Shown here piece by piece: positions 1-9,634 of a DNA stretch of 64,000 bases. A program made the position numbers and the translations under genes. The stretch spans positions 1,312,001 to 1,376,000 of the forward strand of contig CAVSGI010000010.1 in the NCBI GenBank assembly GCA_963727445.1, read 5' to 3'. The notes under the pieces are model-generated. The model saw only the letters and a program-made list of their open reading frames with translations, was not told the origin of the DNA and ran no database searches. Origin of the DNA: an uncultured delta proteobacterium (lineage in GTDB: Bacteria > Myxococcota_A > Polyangia > Polyangiales > B10-G4). Each line of letters starts with the position of its first letter. Position 1 is the first letter of the stretch.

Positions 1-35
1 CGGGCCCGTGAAAGTTCGCCCGGACCGTAGATGCC

Positions 36-887
36 TCAGCCCGCCGGCAACTTCTCGGCCGCCTCGGGCGTGAGCTCACCGGCGAGGACGCGTGCCAGCG
101 CCGGATGGTCGACCGCGCGCATGTGCGCCGCTTCCTTGCCGTGACGGATCGCGACCAGCTCGGCCCCGATGCTCACCGCGATCTCCTCCGGCGTGACAGC
201 GCCGATGTCCAGGCCCACCGGCGCGTAGACGCGCGCGAGCGCCGGCGTGCCCCGCCGCGCGTGGATGCGCTGGATCACGCGGAACACCTTCCGCTTGCTC
301 CCGATCATCCCGATGTAGCGATGCGGGCGCGCGCAGCAGACGTCGAGCGCCTCCTCGTCGAGGCGATGATCGTGGGTGACGATCAGCACGAAGTCGCGAT
401 CGGTCAGCCCCAGCTCCGGCGTCGCCTCGGCCGGTTCTGCCACCACCCGATTCGACGCCGGGAAGCGCTCCTCGGTGTTCAGCTCTTCACGGTCATCGAC
501 CACCATCACGTCGAAGCCGAGGGTCTCGGCCAGCGCCGCCGTCGCCTTGCCCACGTGCCCCGCCCCGAAGATCACGAGGCGCGGCCTCACCTCCACGCGT
601 TCCACGAACACCTCCATCCGCCCGCCGCAGCACATTCCGAGATCCCGACCGAGGTCGCGGATCAGGACCTCGGACTTCCCCGTGGTGAGGCACTCGCGGA
701 GCGCGGTGATCACCGCCTGCTCGATGGCGCCGCCGCCAACCGTGCCCACCATGGTCCCGTCGGCCCTGAGCAGGAGCCGCGCGCCCGGCCGCTGCGGCGT
801 CGAGCCCGTGGCGCGGATCACCGTCGCCATCGCTCCGAGCTCGCCCGACGACAGGAGCGCAGCGAGCGCTTCGGTCACTTCCTTCAT
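36..887 (-). CDS. xdhC: XdhC/CoxI family xanthine dehydrogenase accessory (Moco insertion) protein
   Basis: Motifs GSTPQRPGA, GTVGGGAIE, LGMCCGGRMEVFVE, IFGAGHVG, VTHDHRLD, YIGMIGS, PVGLDIGAVTPEEIAVSI; ATG at 887 with GGAG upstream (ORF-track extension to 1139 is unlikely). Confidence 0.92.
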   Translation of the reverse strand: MKEVTEALAALLSSGELGAMATVIRATGSTPQRPGARLLLRADGTMVGTVGGGAIEQAVITALRECLTTGKSEVLIRDLGRDLGMCCGGRMEVFVERVEVRPRLVIFGAGHVGKATAALAETLGFDVMVVDDREELNTEERFPASNRVVAEPAEATPELGLTDRDFVLIVTHDHRLDEEALDVCCARPHRYIGMIGSKRKVFRVIQRIHARRGTPALARVYAPVGLDIGAVTPEEIAVSIGAELVAIRHGKEAAHMRAVDHPALARVLAGELTPEAAEKLPAG

Positions 888-1021
888 CGCAGCTCCACGT
901 GGACGCGCACGGACATATTGTAGCGCACTCCGCGGTGCTATCGTCGGATCGTGCCATGCGCGCACCTCGCTTACCGGCGCGCGGCCGAACGTTGGCGCGC
1001 GTCCGGACAACACACGCTCTG

Positions 1022-1651
1022 ATGGGGCGCGCCTCGTTGCTCGTGATTCTGCTCGCCGTGGCGATGGGGTGTCGTCCCCACCTCCCCGTGTCCCACGCCG
1101 ACCCGAGCCCCGTCGTCGACTGGCGCGACCCCGTGGCAAACCATCCGGCGCGGCGCCGCGTCCGCGTCCTGCACCAGCGCTGCCACGAAGAGGTGCAGGC
1201 GATCCGACGCGAGGTCACCCGGCGGTGGAAGGAGGACATCGTCTACGTGGCGCTCGCCACCGCGATCGCCAACTTCATGGGGATGATGGGGAGGGTCGGT
1301 GGCCCGGGCAGCGACCCGATCTCCAGCTCCGCCGCCACCCAGGCGCTCACCGGCCCCGGCGGACAGCTCAGCTATCGCTGCACCGACACGCCGGGGGACG
1401 ACCCTTCTCACGGCGGCTGCAATCCTCCGACGCTCCCGACCATCGGATGGAACACCGACGGGCAGATCCGCACCAACCGCCCGGTCGACGAAGCGTGGCG
1501 CCCGGCGGAGCGCATCGAGGCGATCAACGCCTCTCTCGACGCCCTGGACGAGCTGCTCTTCTCGCGCCCCGATCCCCGCGAGTGGACGGCAGAGGAAGGC
1601 GAGGCGTTCGAAGACCTGACCGACGCGGTCGAGACCACCTGCGAGGACTGA
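1022..1651 (+). CDS. Hypothetical lipoprotein, paralog of 19722..20339
   Basis: Signal peptide with lipobox-like AMGC; shares LPVSHADP, SYRCT and INxxxDALDxxLFSxPDPxxWT with the second copy. Confidence 0.8.
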   Translation: MGRASLLVILLAVAMGCRPHLPVSHADPSPVVDWRDPVANHPARRRVRVLHQRCHEEVQAIRREVTRRWKEDIVYVALATAIANFMGMMGRVGGPGSDPISSSAATQALTGPGGQLSYRCTDTPGDDPSHGGCNPPTLPTIGWNTDGQIRTNRPVDEAWRPAERIEAINASLDALDELLFSRPDPREWTAEEGEAFEDLTDAVETTCED

Positions 1652-1663
1652 AGTCTTCCGCCG

Positions 1664-4600
1664 CTACTCCGCGGCGAGCTTCGGCGCGTCGTCCTCTTCC
1701 TCGGCGATCGCATCACCGCCGCCCCGTTTCCGCTCCCTGCGCCGCTCCGCCCAGCCCGCGATGCCCACGTACATGATGGGGATGACGAAGAGCGTGAGGC
1801 TGGTCGACACGATCATCCCGCCGACCACCGCGCGCGCCATGGGCGCCCAGGTCTCGGCGCCGTCGCCGTAGCCGAGGGAGAGCGGGACCATGCCGAGGAT
1901 GGTAGTGAGCGCTGTGATGAGGATGGGGCGCACGCGGGTGCGGCCCGCGAGGAGGGCCGCGTCGTGCAGCTCCATCCCCTCGGCGCGGCGATTCTTGATG
2001 ACGTCGATCAGCACGATGCCGTTGTTCACGACGACGCCCGCGAGGAGGATGACGCCGACCAGCGCGGTGACCTGAAGCGTGGTGAAGGTCAGGACCAGCG
2101 CGAGCACCACGCCCACCGCGGCGAGGGGCACGGTGAACATGATCACGAAGGGCTCCAGCAGAGACTCGAACTGCGAGGCGAGCACCATGTAGACCAGCGC
2201 GATGGCGGCCAACAGCGCCATCGCGAGCTTGAAGAAGGCGTCGCGCAGGTCCTCGGCCGTGCCGCCGATCTCGACGTAGACGTCGTCGGGCACACCGATC
2301 TCGTCGATGCGCTTTTCGATGCGCCGGGTGAGACCGCCGAGGTCCATCCCGGAGGCAGTGATGTCCACCGACGCGAGGCGGCGCTGGTTTTCGTGCTCGA
2401 TATCCGTCGGCCCGAGCTTGTCGTCGATGCTGGCCACCGCGGCCAGAGGCACGGTGTCGCCGGTGGGGAGCTGGATCGGCAGGTAGCGCAGCGTGTCGAG
2501 ATCGCGCCGCTCGGAGCGCGGCGCCCGAACACGGACCATGTACTCCTCGCCCTCTTCGCGGAAGAAGGTCGCGACCTCTCCCTGATAGAAGGTGGCGACC
2601 GTGGCGGCGACGGATCCCGGCGCGAGGCCGAGCACCCGCATGCGGTCGCGGTCGTACTCGAGCTGCAGCTCGGGGCTGCCCTGAATCATCGAAAAGCGCG
2701 TCTCGCGCACTCCGTCGACGTCGCCCAGCTCGATCGCGGAGCTGCTCGCCGTAGCTCCGGAGAAGATCGAGGTCTTCGCTGAAGAGCTTGACCTGGATGT
2801 CCCCGGTGGCGCCGCCGAGCTGAAAGACGCTGATGCGGACGTCGAGGCCGGCGATCTGCTCGAAACGCTCGGTCAACGCTTCCTCGATCTCCTGCTGCGA
2901 GCGGTCGCGCTCGGTCGGAACGGGGAGCTTGATGCGCAGCGTGCCGCGGTTGGCGCTTCCGCCGAAGACGGCCGCGAAGCCCTCCGCCGCGCCGTAGTCC
3001 GCGGTGACCGCGTTCGCCTCCGGCACCGTCTCGGCGATGGCGGCCTCCACCTCGTCCACCAGCTGATGCATCTGCTCGAGGCTGGTGCCCGGCGCGGCGG
3101 TGACCTCGATCCGGATCTCGGAGACGTCCGCCTTCGGCAGGAAGTCCTGACCGAGGATGGGCACGATCGCCATCGTCGCGACGAAGAGACCGAAGGCGAA
3201 AGCGAGGATGCGCTTCTTGCGATGGAGCGCCCAGTCGAGGGCCCGACCGTAGACCTCGGGGATCCGATCGAGGAAGCCCGTCGCACGCCGGATCCGCGCG
3301 GCGACCCCGCCCTCGTGGTCCCGGCCGATCATCTTCGACGCCATCAGCGGCACCAGCGTGATCGCGACCAGGAGCGAGCAGAGGAGCGTGGTGCTGATGG
3401 TCAGCACCAGATCGCGGAAGAGCTCGCCGGCGATGCCGTCCACCAGGAGGATCGGCAGGAAGACCACCACCGTGGTGAGCGTCGAAGCGACGAGCGGCAT
3501 CGACATCTCGCGCGTGCCGGCGATGGCCGCCTCGGTGGGGGTCTTGCCCTTCTCGACGTGCTGGAACGCCGCCTCGAGGACGACGATGCCGTTGTCGACC
3601 AGCATCCCGATGGCGAGCGCGAGCCCCGCCATCGAGATCAGGTTCAGGGTCACCCCCATGATCTGCATCGCGGTGAAGGAGACCAGGATGCTCATGGGCA
3701 CCGCGATCACCGCGATCAGGCTGGTGCGGAAGCTGCGGAGGAAGACCAGCAGCACCAGCCCGGTCAACAGGAACGCCTGCAGCGCGACCTTGCCCAGGTT
3801 GGCGATGGAGCGAACGATGGCGCTCGACTCGTCGAAGAGCGGGACGATGTGCACGTTCTCCGGCAGCCGCTCCTCGATCGCGCCGAGGGCGTCGCGCACG
3901 TTGGAGGCGACCTGCACCGTGTTGGCGTCGCTCTGCTTGCGCACGGCCATCAGGACCGCGAGGTGACCATCGGCGGTGACGACGTGGGTCTGCTCCTCGA
4001 AGGTGTCGATGACGTCGGCGACGTCGCGCACCAGGATGCTGCGCGTGCCGCGCCGGGTGATGACGGTGTTCTCGATCTGCTCGATGGACTGGAAGAGCCC
4101 GGTGGGCTGCAGGTTCAGCTGTTGGGTCCCGTCGTCCACCGAGCCCGAAGGCACGACGATGTTCGCGGCGCGCAGGGCGTCGACGATCTGCGGCGCGGTG
4201 ATGTCGAGGGACTGCATGGTCCGCGGCTTCATGCGGACCTGCACCTCGCGCTCGAGGCCGCCGATCACCTCCGCCGCCGCTACGCCTTCGACCCGGCCGA
4301 GGTAGGGCTGGATCTCGTTGCGCGCGATGGTGCGCAGGCGATGTCCGTCGTAGGGGCCGTCGACCGCCATGAACATCACGGGCGCCAGGCTCGGGTCGAA
4401 GGCGAAGGTCAGGGGCTTCGTCGCCTCGTCCGGTAAGAACTCGCCCGCGAAGAGATCGATGTTCTTGCGAACCTCGACCTCGGCGGCGTCCATGTCCGTT
4501 CCCCAGGTGAACATGATGATCACCATCGAGGTGCCCTGACGCGAGGTGGATCTGACCTTTTCTACGTTCTCGACCGACGCCACCGCGCGCTCGATGGGCT

Positions 4601-4817
4601 CGGTGACAAGCGTCTCCATGTCGCGGGGGCTCGCGCCGGTGTAGGTGGTGACCACCGCGATCACCGGCAGATCCACCTCTGGGAGGCGGTTGAGCGGGAG
4701 CTCGTACAGAGAGAAGAAGCCGAAGCCCGCGAGGCAGAGATAGACCATCACCGTGGTCACACCGCGGCGGACGCTCAGCTCGCCCAGCCCCCCACCTCCC
4801 GACTTCGCCGCGCTCAA
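1664..4817 (-). CDS. RND efflux transporter permease subunit (AcrB/AcrD/AcrF family), with one +1 frameshift at ~2732-2735
   Basis: Motifs YTGASP, GMLVDNGIVV, GVVVNNGIVLID, RVRPILIT. Removing one base joins ORF 1713..4817 to ORF 1664..2710, giving 1050 aa. TTG start overlaps the MFP stop. Confidence 0.92.
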
Positions 4818-5965
4818 GGCCCCTCCGCGCCCTCCGCGGGCGCCACGGCCTCGGCGCGCGCGGGCCCGGGCTCGGCCGCGGCTTCACGCACCCGCACGGT
4901 CGCGCCGTCTCGCAGCATGTGCTGGCCCATCACCACCACCTGCTCGCCCGCCTCGATGCCCTCGGTGATCTCCATCCGATCGTCGTAGCGCCGTCCCAGG
5001 GTGACGGTCCGGCGATGCGCGGTGTCTCCGTCGACGACGAAGACGTAGCCCTCGCGCGCGGTGTCGGTGCGCGTCGTCATCAACACCGCCCGCGCGGGCA
5101 CCATGGTCACATCCGGCCGGCGCGCGAGCTCGATGGAGACCTCGGCGACCATGCCCGGGCGCAGCACGTGGTCCTCGTTGTCGAGGATCACCTCGACCTT
5201 CGCGGTGCGGGTGAGCGGATCGATGACCGGCGAGATCCGCCGGATGGTCCCGGTGCGCGTGACGTCCGGCAGGGACGGCGGCGACACCGTCACCTCCATC
5301 CCCTCTTCGAGCTGCACGTAATCCGACTCGACGACGCTGAGCTCGATGTCGACGCGGTCCATCTGCACCACCGCGCAGATCGGCATCTGCGGCGCGGCGA
5401 GATCGCCCTCTTCGACGTCCAGCAACGCCACGATCCCGTCGGTGGGCGCGCGCACCACCGTTCGATCGCGACGCTGGCCCGCGGCCTGACGCGCGGAGCG
5501 GAGCTGCTCGACCTGCGCCTCTGCCGAACGGAGCTGCGTCTGAAGCGCCTCGAGACGACTGGTGGGCAGGACGTTCCTCTCCACCAGGCCACGGATGCGT
5601 TCGAGGTCGGAGGCGATCTGATCGCGCGAGGCCTCCGCGGCGACGAGCGCGGCGCTCGCCTGCCCGACCTCGCTGGTCGACAGGTCCGCCTCGAGGGTGA
5701 CGATGCGGTCGCCTTCGGTGACGGCCTGCCCGTTCTCGACGTGCACCTGGCGCACCCGTTCCGGCAGCTGCGCGAAGACCCGAACCTCCACCTCGCCGTG
5801 AACGTCACCGAGGAGCGTCAGGCGATCGACGGCGTCTGCCTGGAACGCAGGCATCACCTCGACCAGCCGCGCCGTCTCCTCCTCGCCGTCGTCTTTCGAG
5901 CCACAGCCGACCGCGAGGAGCGCGGCGGCGAGTGAGAGGGGGAGGCTCGAACGCAACTGAGACAT
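4814..5965 (-). CDS. RND efflux periplasmic adaptor (membrane fusion protein), lipoprotein
   Basis: Lipobox LAVGC; VRAPTDGIV, ISPVIDPLTRT, LRPGM, VPARAV motifs; translationally coupled to the permease. Confidence 0.92.
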   Translation of the reverse strand: MSQLRSSLPLSLAAALLAVGCGSKDDGEEETARLVEVMPAFQADAVDRLTLLGDVHGEVEVRVFAQLPERVRQVHVENGQAVTEGDRIVTLEADLSTSEVGQASAALVAAEASRDQIASDLERIRGLVERNVLPTSRLEALQTQLRSAEAQVEQLRSARQAAGQRRDRTVVRAPTDGIVALLDVEEGDLAAPQMPICAVVQMDRVDIELSVVESDYVQLEEGMEVTVSPPSLPDVTRTGTIRRISPVIDPLTRTAKVEVILDNEDHVLRPGMVAEVSIELARRPDVTMVPARAVLMTTRTDTAREGYVFVVDGDTAHRRTVTLGRRYDDRMEITEGIEAGEQVVVMGQHMLRDGATVRVREAAAEPGPARAEAVAPAEGAEGP

Positions 5966-6089
5966 GATTCCAAGAGGCCGGAAGCCCAATGTAGGCTCGG
6001 GGACCGCCGATGGCCACTCGCCAACGCCTCGGCGTACTCCGACATGCCACCGCTCTGGCGCTGGCCGGGGCCGGGTGGTAGTCCGGAGC

Positions 6090-8192
6090 ATGCTCCCCTG
6101 GCCCATCGCCGCCCCACCGTGGGTACCCAAGCGAAAGCGGGCCGTATTCGACCTCGAGGCATCACCCGAGCCCGAAGCCATGCGTCGAGCGTTCGCGCCC
6201 GGCTTCGCCGTGGGGTGGGGGGAGGACGAGTACCTCGAGGTGCCTGAAGCCGAGCGGGAAGCGCACGTCCTGGCGCAGTTCGAGGAGGGCCGCATCCCCA
6301 AGATCCACGCGGCCAATCACCTCGGTAACGAGTCGCTGCGCGCCCTCGTGCTGAGCAGCCGGCCGGAAGTCGTGGCGCACTACGGCTTGCTCGACATGCT
6401 CTTGAGCCGCGAGGGTTGGGATGCGTGGGACACACTCACGCGTTTCTACGAGCGCGCTCCCTACGCGGCGATCCGGGTCTTCATGCGCCTCGACTCGGTG
6501 GTGGTGGGGCGCTTCCTCGCCGAGCGCTGCTTTCACTCCGATCGGGCGACGGCGAACGAGTGCCGCGGGCGCTTCGAATCCTTCGCGAACGTGCAGCCGC
6601 TCGCGGCCGCCGCCGGGTTGATCCCGCTCGTCGTGGGCAGCGACGGCAAGCTGCACGACAAAGCGCTGAAGCTGCTCGCCCGCGTCCGCGAGCGGCTCGG
6701 CCTCGCCCGCGCGGTCGACGAAGCGGCGCGGCGCTACGGGGCCGAGGTCGCCGAAGAGATCGGCGTCCTCCTCGGCCCGCAGCCGCTGCCGCCGCGGGCG
6801 CCGAAGATGCCGTCGTGGTGGTCGCCCGAGGCGCTGCCGGCGCTGAGCCTCTCGGACGGGACGCGTCTCGAAGGCGAGCCGCTCGAGCTCTTCGGGAACC
6901 TCATGGCGCTGCTGCCTTCCGACGGCGCGCGCGCGGCCCTGGCCGAGGTCGCCCCCGCGATCGATCGGACGACCTTCGACACCTTCGCCGAAGCGCTGGT
7001 GGATGCGTGGGTGAAGGACGGCGGCAAGACGAAGGACAAGTGGGCGATCTACGCCATGGGCCTGCTCGGAGACGAGCAGAGCGCGCGCCGCCTGGTCGAG
7101 CTCGCGGAGCGCTTCAGCGAGGAGGGCCTCCATCGCCGGAGCGCGCTGGCCCTCGAAGCCGTCGCCAGCATGGGCACCGACGTCGCGCTCCTGCGCCTGT
7201 CGGAGCTCACCCACAAGAAGGGCGCGCTGAAGAAGCGCGCGGCCAAGATCCTCAGCGCCCACGCCGAGGAGATGGGCTGGACCGACGACGAGCTCGCGGA
7301 TCGATTGGTGCCGCGCCTCGGCCTCGACGATGACGGCTCGCGCGTCCTCTCCTACGGCGCGCGAAGCTTTCGCATCGGCTTCGACGCCGACCTCAAGCCT
7401 TTCGTCATCGATGTGGAAGGAAACCGCCGGGACCGCTTGCCGCGCCCGAGCAAGACCGACGACCCCGACCTCGCCGCCCGCGCCGCGCAGCTCTTCGCCG
7501 ACCTCCGCAAGGACACCAGGACCCTGGGCAAGCGCCAGGCGGATCGCCTCGAACGTGCGATGGTGAACAGCCGCCGTTGGCCGACCCCGCGCTGGCGCAC
7601 GCTCTTCATCGACCATCCGCTGGGCGTCCACTTCGCGCGGCGCATGGTCTTCGTATCCGTCGGTGCGACCGGCCAGATCCTCGGCTCCTTCCGCGTCGCC
7701 GAAGATCGCACCCTCGCCGATCCCTCGGATGACACCACCTCACTGCCCGAAGAGGCGACACAGGTCGGCATCGCCCATCCCCTCGAGCTCGGCCCCACGC
7801 TCGCGGCGCGCTGGGGCGACGTCTTGTCCGACTACGAGATCCTGCAGCCCTTCGCCCAGCTCAGCCGGCCGATCTTCGAGGCCACCGAGGAAGAGCTCGC
7901 GAGCACGACCATCCGCCGCTTCGTCGGGCACACCGCCGAGGGCAAGCGCTTCTTCACCCTCAAGGCGCGCGGCTGGGACTTCCCGGACTACGACATCGGC
8001 AAGCGCCTCCCCGGCGGCTACATCGCTCTGCTCCGCACCGAGCCCGGCCTCGACTTCCTCGGCTACCGGCCCGACGAGCAGACGCTCGGCGAGCTCTATC
8101 TGACGAACGAAGCCGGCGGCAAAGCGCGCTTCGCCGATCTCTCGCCCGTGTGCATGAGCGAGATCTTCTACGACGTCAGCCTCTTGTTCTAG
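6090..8192 (+). CDS. DUF4132 domain-containing protein
   Basis: DELADRLVPRLGLD, SYGARSFRIGFD, RLERAMV..RRW, HPL..HFARRMVF, GIAHPLEL, DYEILQPFAQL match the DUF4132 pattern. Confidence 0.85.
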   Translation: MLPWPIAAPPWVPKRKRAVFDLEASPEPEAMRRAFAPGFAVGWGEDEYLEVPEAEREAHVLAQFEEGRIPKIHAANHLGNESLRALVLSSRPEVVAHYGLLDMLLSREGWDAWDTLTRFYERAPYAAIRVFMRLDSVVVGRFLAERCFHSDRATANECRGRFESFANVQPLAAAAGLIPLVVGSDGKLHDKALKLLARVRERLGLARAVDEAARRYGAEVAEEIGVLLGPQPLPPRAPKMPSWWSPEALPALSLSDGTRLEGEPLELFGNLMALLPSDGARAALAEVAPAIDRTTFDTFAEALVDAWVKDGGKTKDKWAIYAMGLLGDEQSARRLVELAERFSEEGLHRRSALALEAVASMGTDVALLRLSELTHKKGALKKRAAKILSAHAEEMGWTDDELADRLVPRLGLDDDGSRVLSYGARSFRIGFDADLKPFVIDVEGNRRDRLPRPSKTDDPDLAARAAQLFADLRKDTRTLGKRQADRLERAMVNSRRWPTPRWRTLFIDHPLGVHFARRMVFVSVGATGQILGSFRVAEDRTLADPSDDTTSLPEEATQVGIAHPLELGPTLAARWGDVLSDYEILQPFAQLSRPIFEATEEELASTTIRRFVGHTAEGKRFFTLKARGWDFPDYDIGKRLPGGYIALLRTEPGLDFLGYRPDEQTLGELYLTNEAGGKARFADLSPVCMSEIFYDVSLLF

Positions 8193-8193
8193 T

Positions 8194-9429
8194 CTAACGC
8201 GTCTCGAGCGCGCTCAGCGCGCCGCCCTCGGCGGTGACGTAGATACGGGAGCCGACGAGGGTGGGAGAGCCGCTGAGCTGTCCCTCGAGGTGGTAGCTCC
8301 AGCGCTCGCGTCCGGTCTTGGGGTCGAGGGCGTGCAGATAGCCGTCGGTCGAGCCGAAGACGAGCGCGCGCCCGTCTCCGCTCACCGCCGGAGAGCTGGT
8401 GATCGGCGCGCCCATGTAGCGCGACCAGAGCGCCTTTCCATCGCGGGCATCGATGGCGTGGATCGTGCCGCGGGGCGAGCCGACGAAGAGGGTCTCGGTC
8501 GCCGGCAGATAGGCGGTCGAGCCCATCAGGCTCCCGCCCACGCGATGGTGCCAGGCGAGCGCGCCCGTCTCTTCGCTCAGCGCGTAGATCTCGCCCGTCC
8601 ACGAACCGAAGACCACCAGGCCCAGGTCTTCGAGGACCGAGGGCGTGGTCTTGATCTGCGATCGCCCCCGGACCGGCTCGACGACGTGGGTGAAGAGCGC
8701 CTCGCCCGTCCGGGCATCGAAAGCGTAGAGCCGCCCGCTGTTGTCCCCGACGAAGACGCGGCCACGCTTCGGATCGGCGGCGACGCTCGAGTGCGGATGG
8801 CCTTCGGTCGGCTGCTCCCAGCGCGTCTCGCCGGTCCGCGCGTCGAGCGCGAGGACGTGCCCCGTGCCGTTCTTCTCTTCGTGCGCGCTCAGGACGAGGC
8901 CGAGGGAGGGTAAGACCGCCGGAGACGATCCGACCTGGTAGCCACGCGCGTGGCGCCAGAGCATCCGACCGTCGAAGCAATCGAAGGCGTAGAGGCTCCC
9001 GTCGTAGGCGCCGATGTAGACCACGTCGCCCACGATCGCCGGCGAGCCGTGGATGCCGTGGGAGGTCCTGTCGATGCGCGCTTCCCAGACGAGGGAGCCG
9101 TCGTGCGCATGAAGCGCGACGAAGCGGCCGTTGTCGGTCCCGCAGTAGAGCAGATCGCCGACCACCGAGGGCGAGCCCTTCACCGCGCCGTAGTCGGTGA
9201 CGTTGAAGGCGGGCAGCTCCCACGCGAGCGCGACCCGATCGCCGACGACCGAGCCCTCCGCGAAGCCGGTGCGCTCGACGTCGTCTCGGAAGGTGGGCCA
9301 GTCCGCCTCGGAGGGCGGCGGCAGCGACGCGCGTGCCGCGACGGGCGTGGTCCCGGTGATCAGGACGGGCGCTGGGCCCGCACAAGCGACGAGGAACAAC
9401 GAGCAGGCGATACAGCTCCACCTGTACAT
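8194..9429 (-). CDS. PQQ-binding-like beta-propeller repeat lipoprotein (BamB-like repeats)
   Basis: Lipobox FLVAC; repeated S-S/T-P...G.LYA.DA.TG...W units; DWPTFR N-terminal motif. Confidence 0.88.
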   Translation of the reverse strand: MYRWSCIACSLFLVACAGPAPVLITGTTPVAARASLPPPSEADWPTFRDDVERTGFAEGSVVGDRVALAWELPAFNVTDYGAVKGSPSVVGDLLYCGTDNGRFVALHAHDGSLVWEARIDRTSHGIHGSPAIVGDVVYIGAYDGSLYAFDCFDGRMLWRHARGYQVGSSPAVLPSLGLVLSAHEEKNGTGHVLALDARTGETRWEQPTEGHPHSSVAADPKRGRVFVGDNSGRLYAFDARTGEALFTHVVEPVRGRSQIKTTPSVLEDLGLVVFGSWTGEIYALSEETGALAWHHRVGGSLMGSTAYLPATETLFVGSPRGTIHAIDARDGKALWSRYMGAPITSSPAVSGDGRALVFGSTDGYLHALDPKTGRERWSYHLEGQLSGSPTLVGSRIYVTAEGGALSALETR

Positions 9430-9605
9430 GAAGCCAACATAGCGACGACCACAGATGTGGGTAGTGGACCTACATCGAAGCCACACCCTCCCTGGAGCTC
9501 CCGACCGTCCAGGAGCTGGACTTAATCGACTGAAATTCGCCGGTCTCGCGGGCAGAACAGGGCAGCGATCGCCCGCGATCTGCCGCTTGTAGTCCGCATT
9601 CGGCT

Positions 9606-9621
9606 GGGCACGGTGGTTGCT
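9606..9621 (+). promoter_or_regulatory. Putative sigma54 (-24/-12) promoter upstream of the amidase
   Basis: GGGCACGGTGGTTGCT versus consensus TGGCACGNNNNTTGCW; GG-N10-GC spacing is exact. Confidence 0.6.
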
Positions 9622-9634
9622 CACAGGAGCCCGC

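Noticed and set aside
2686..4887. 733-aa Arg/Gly-rich alternative-frame ORF in the RND permease, and similar R/G/P-rich ORFs throughout
   Set aside because: Off-frame reading of high-GC coding DNA
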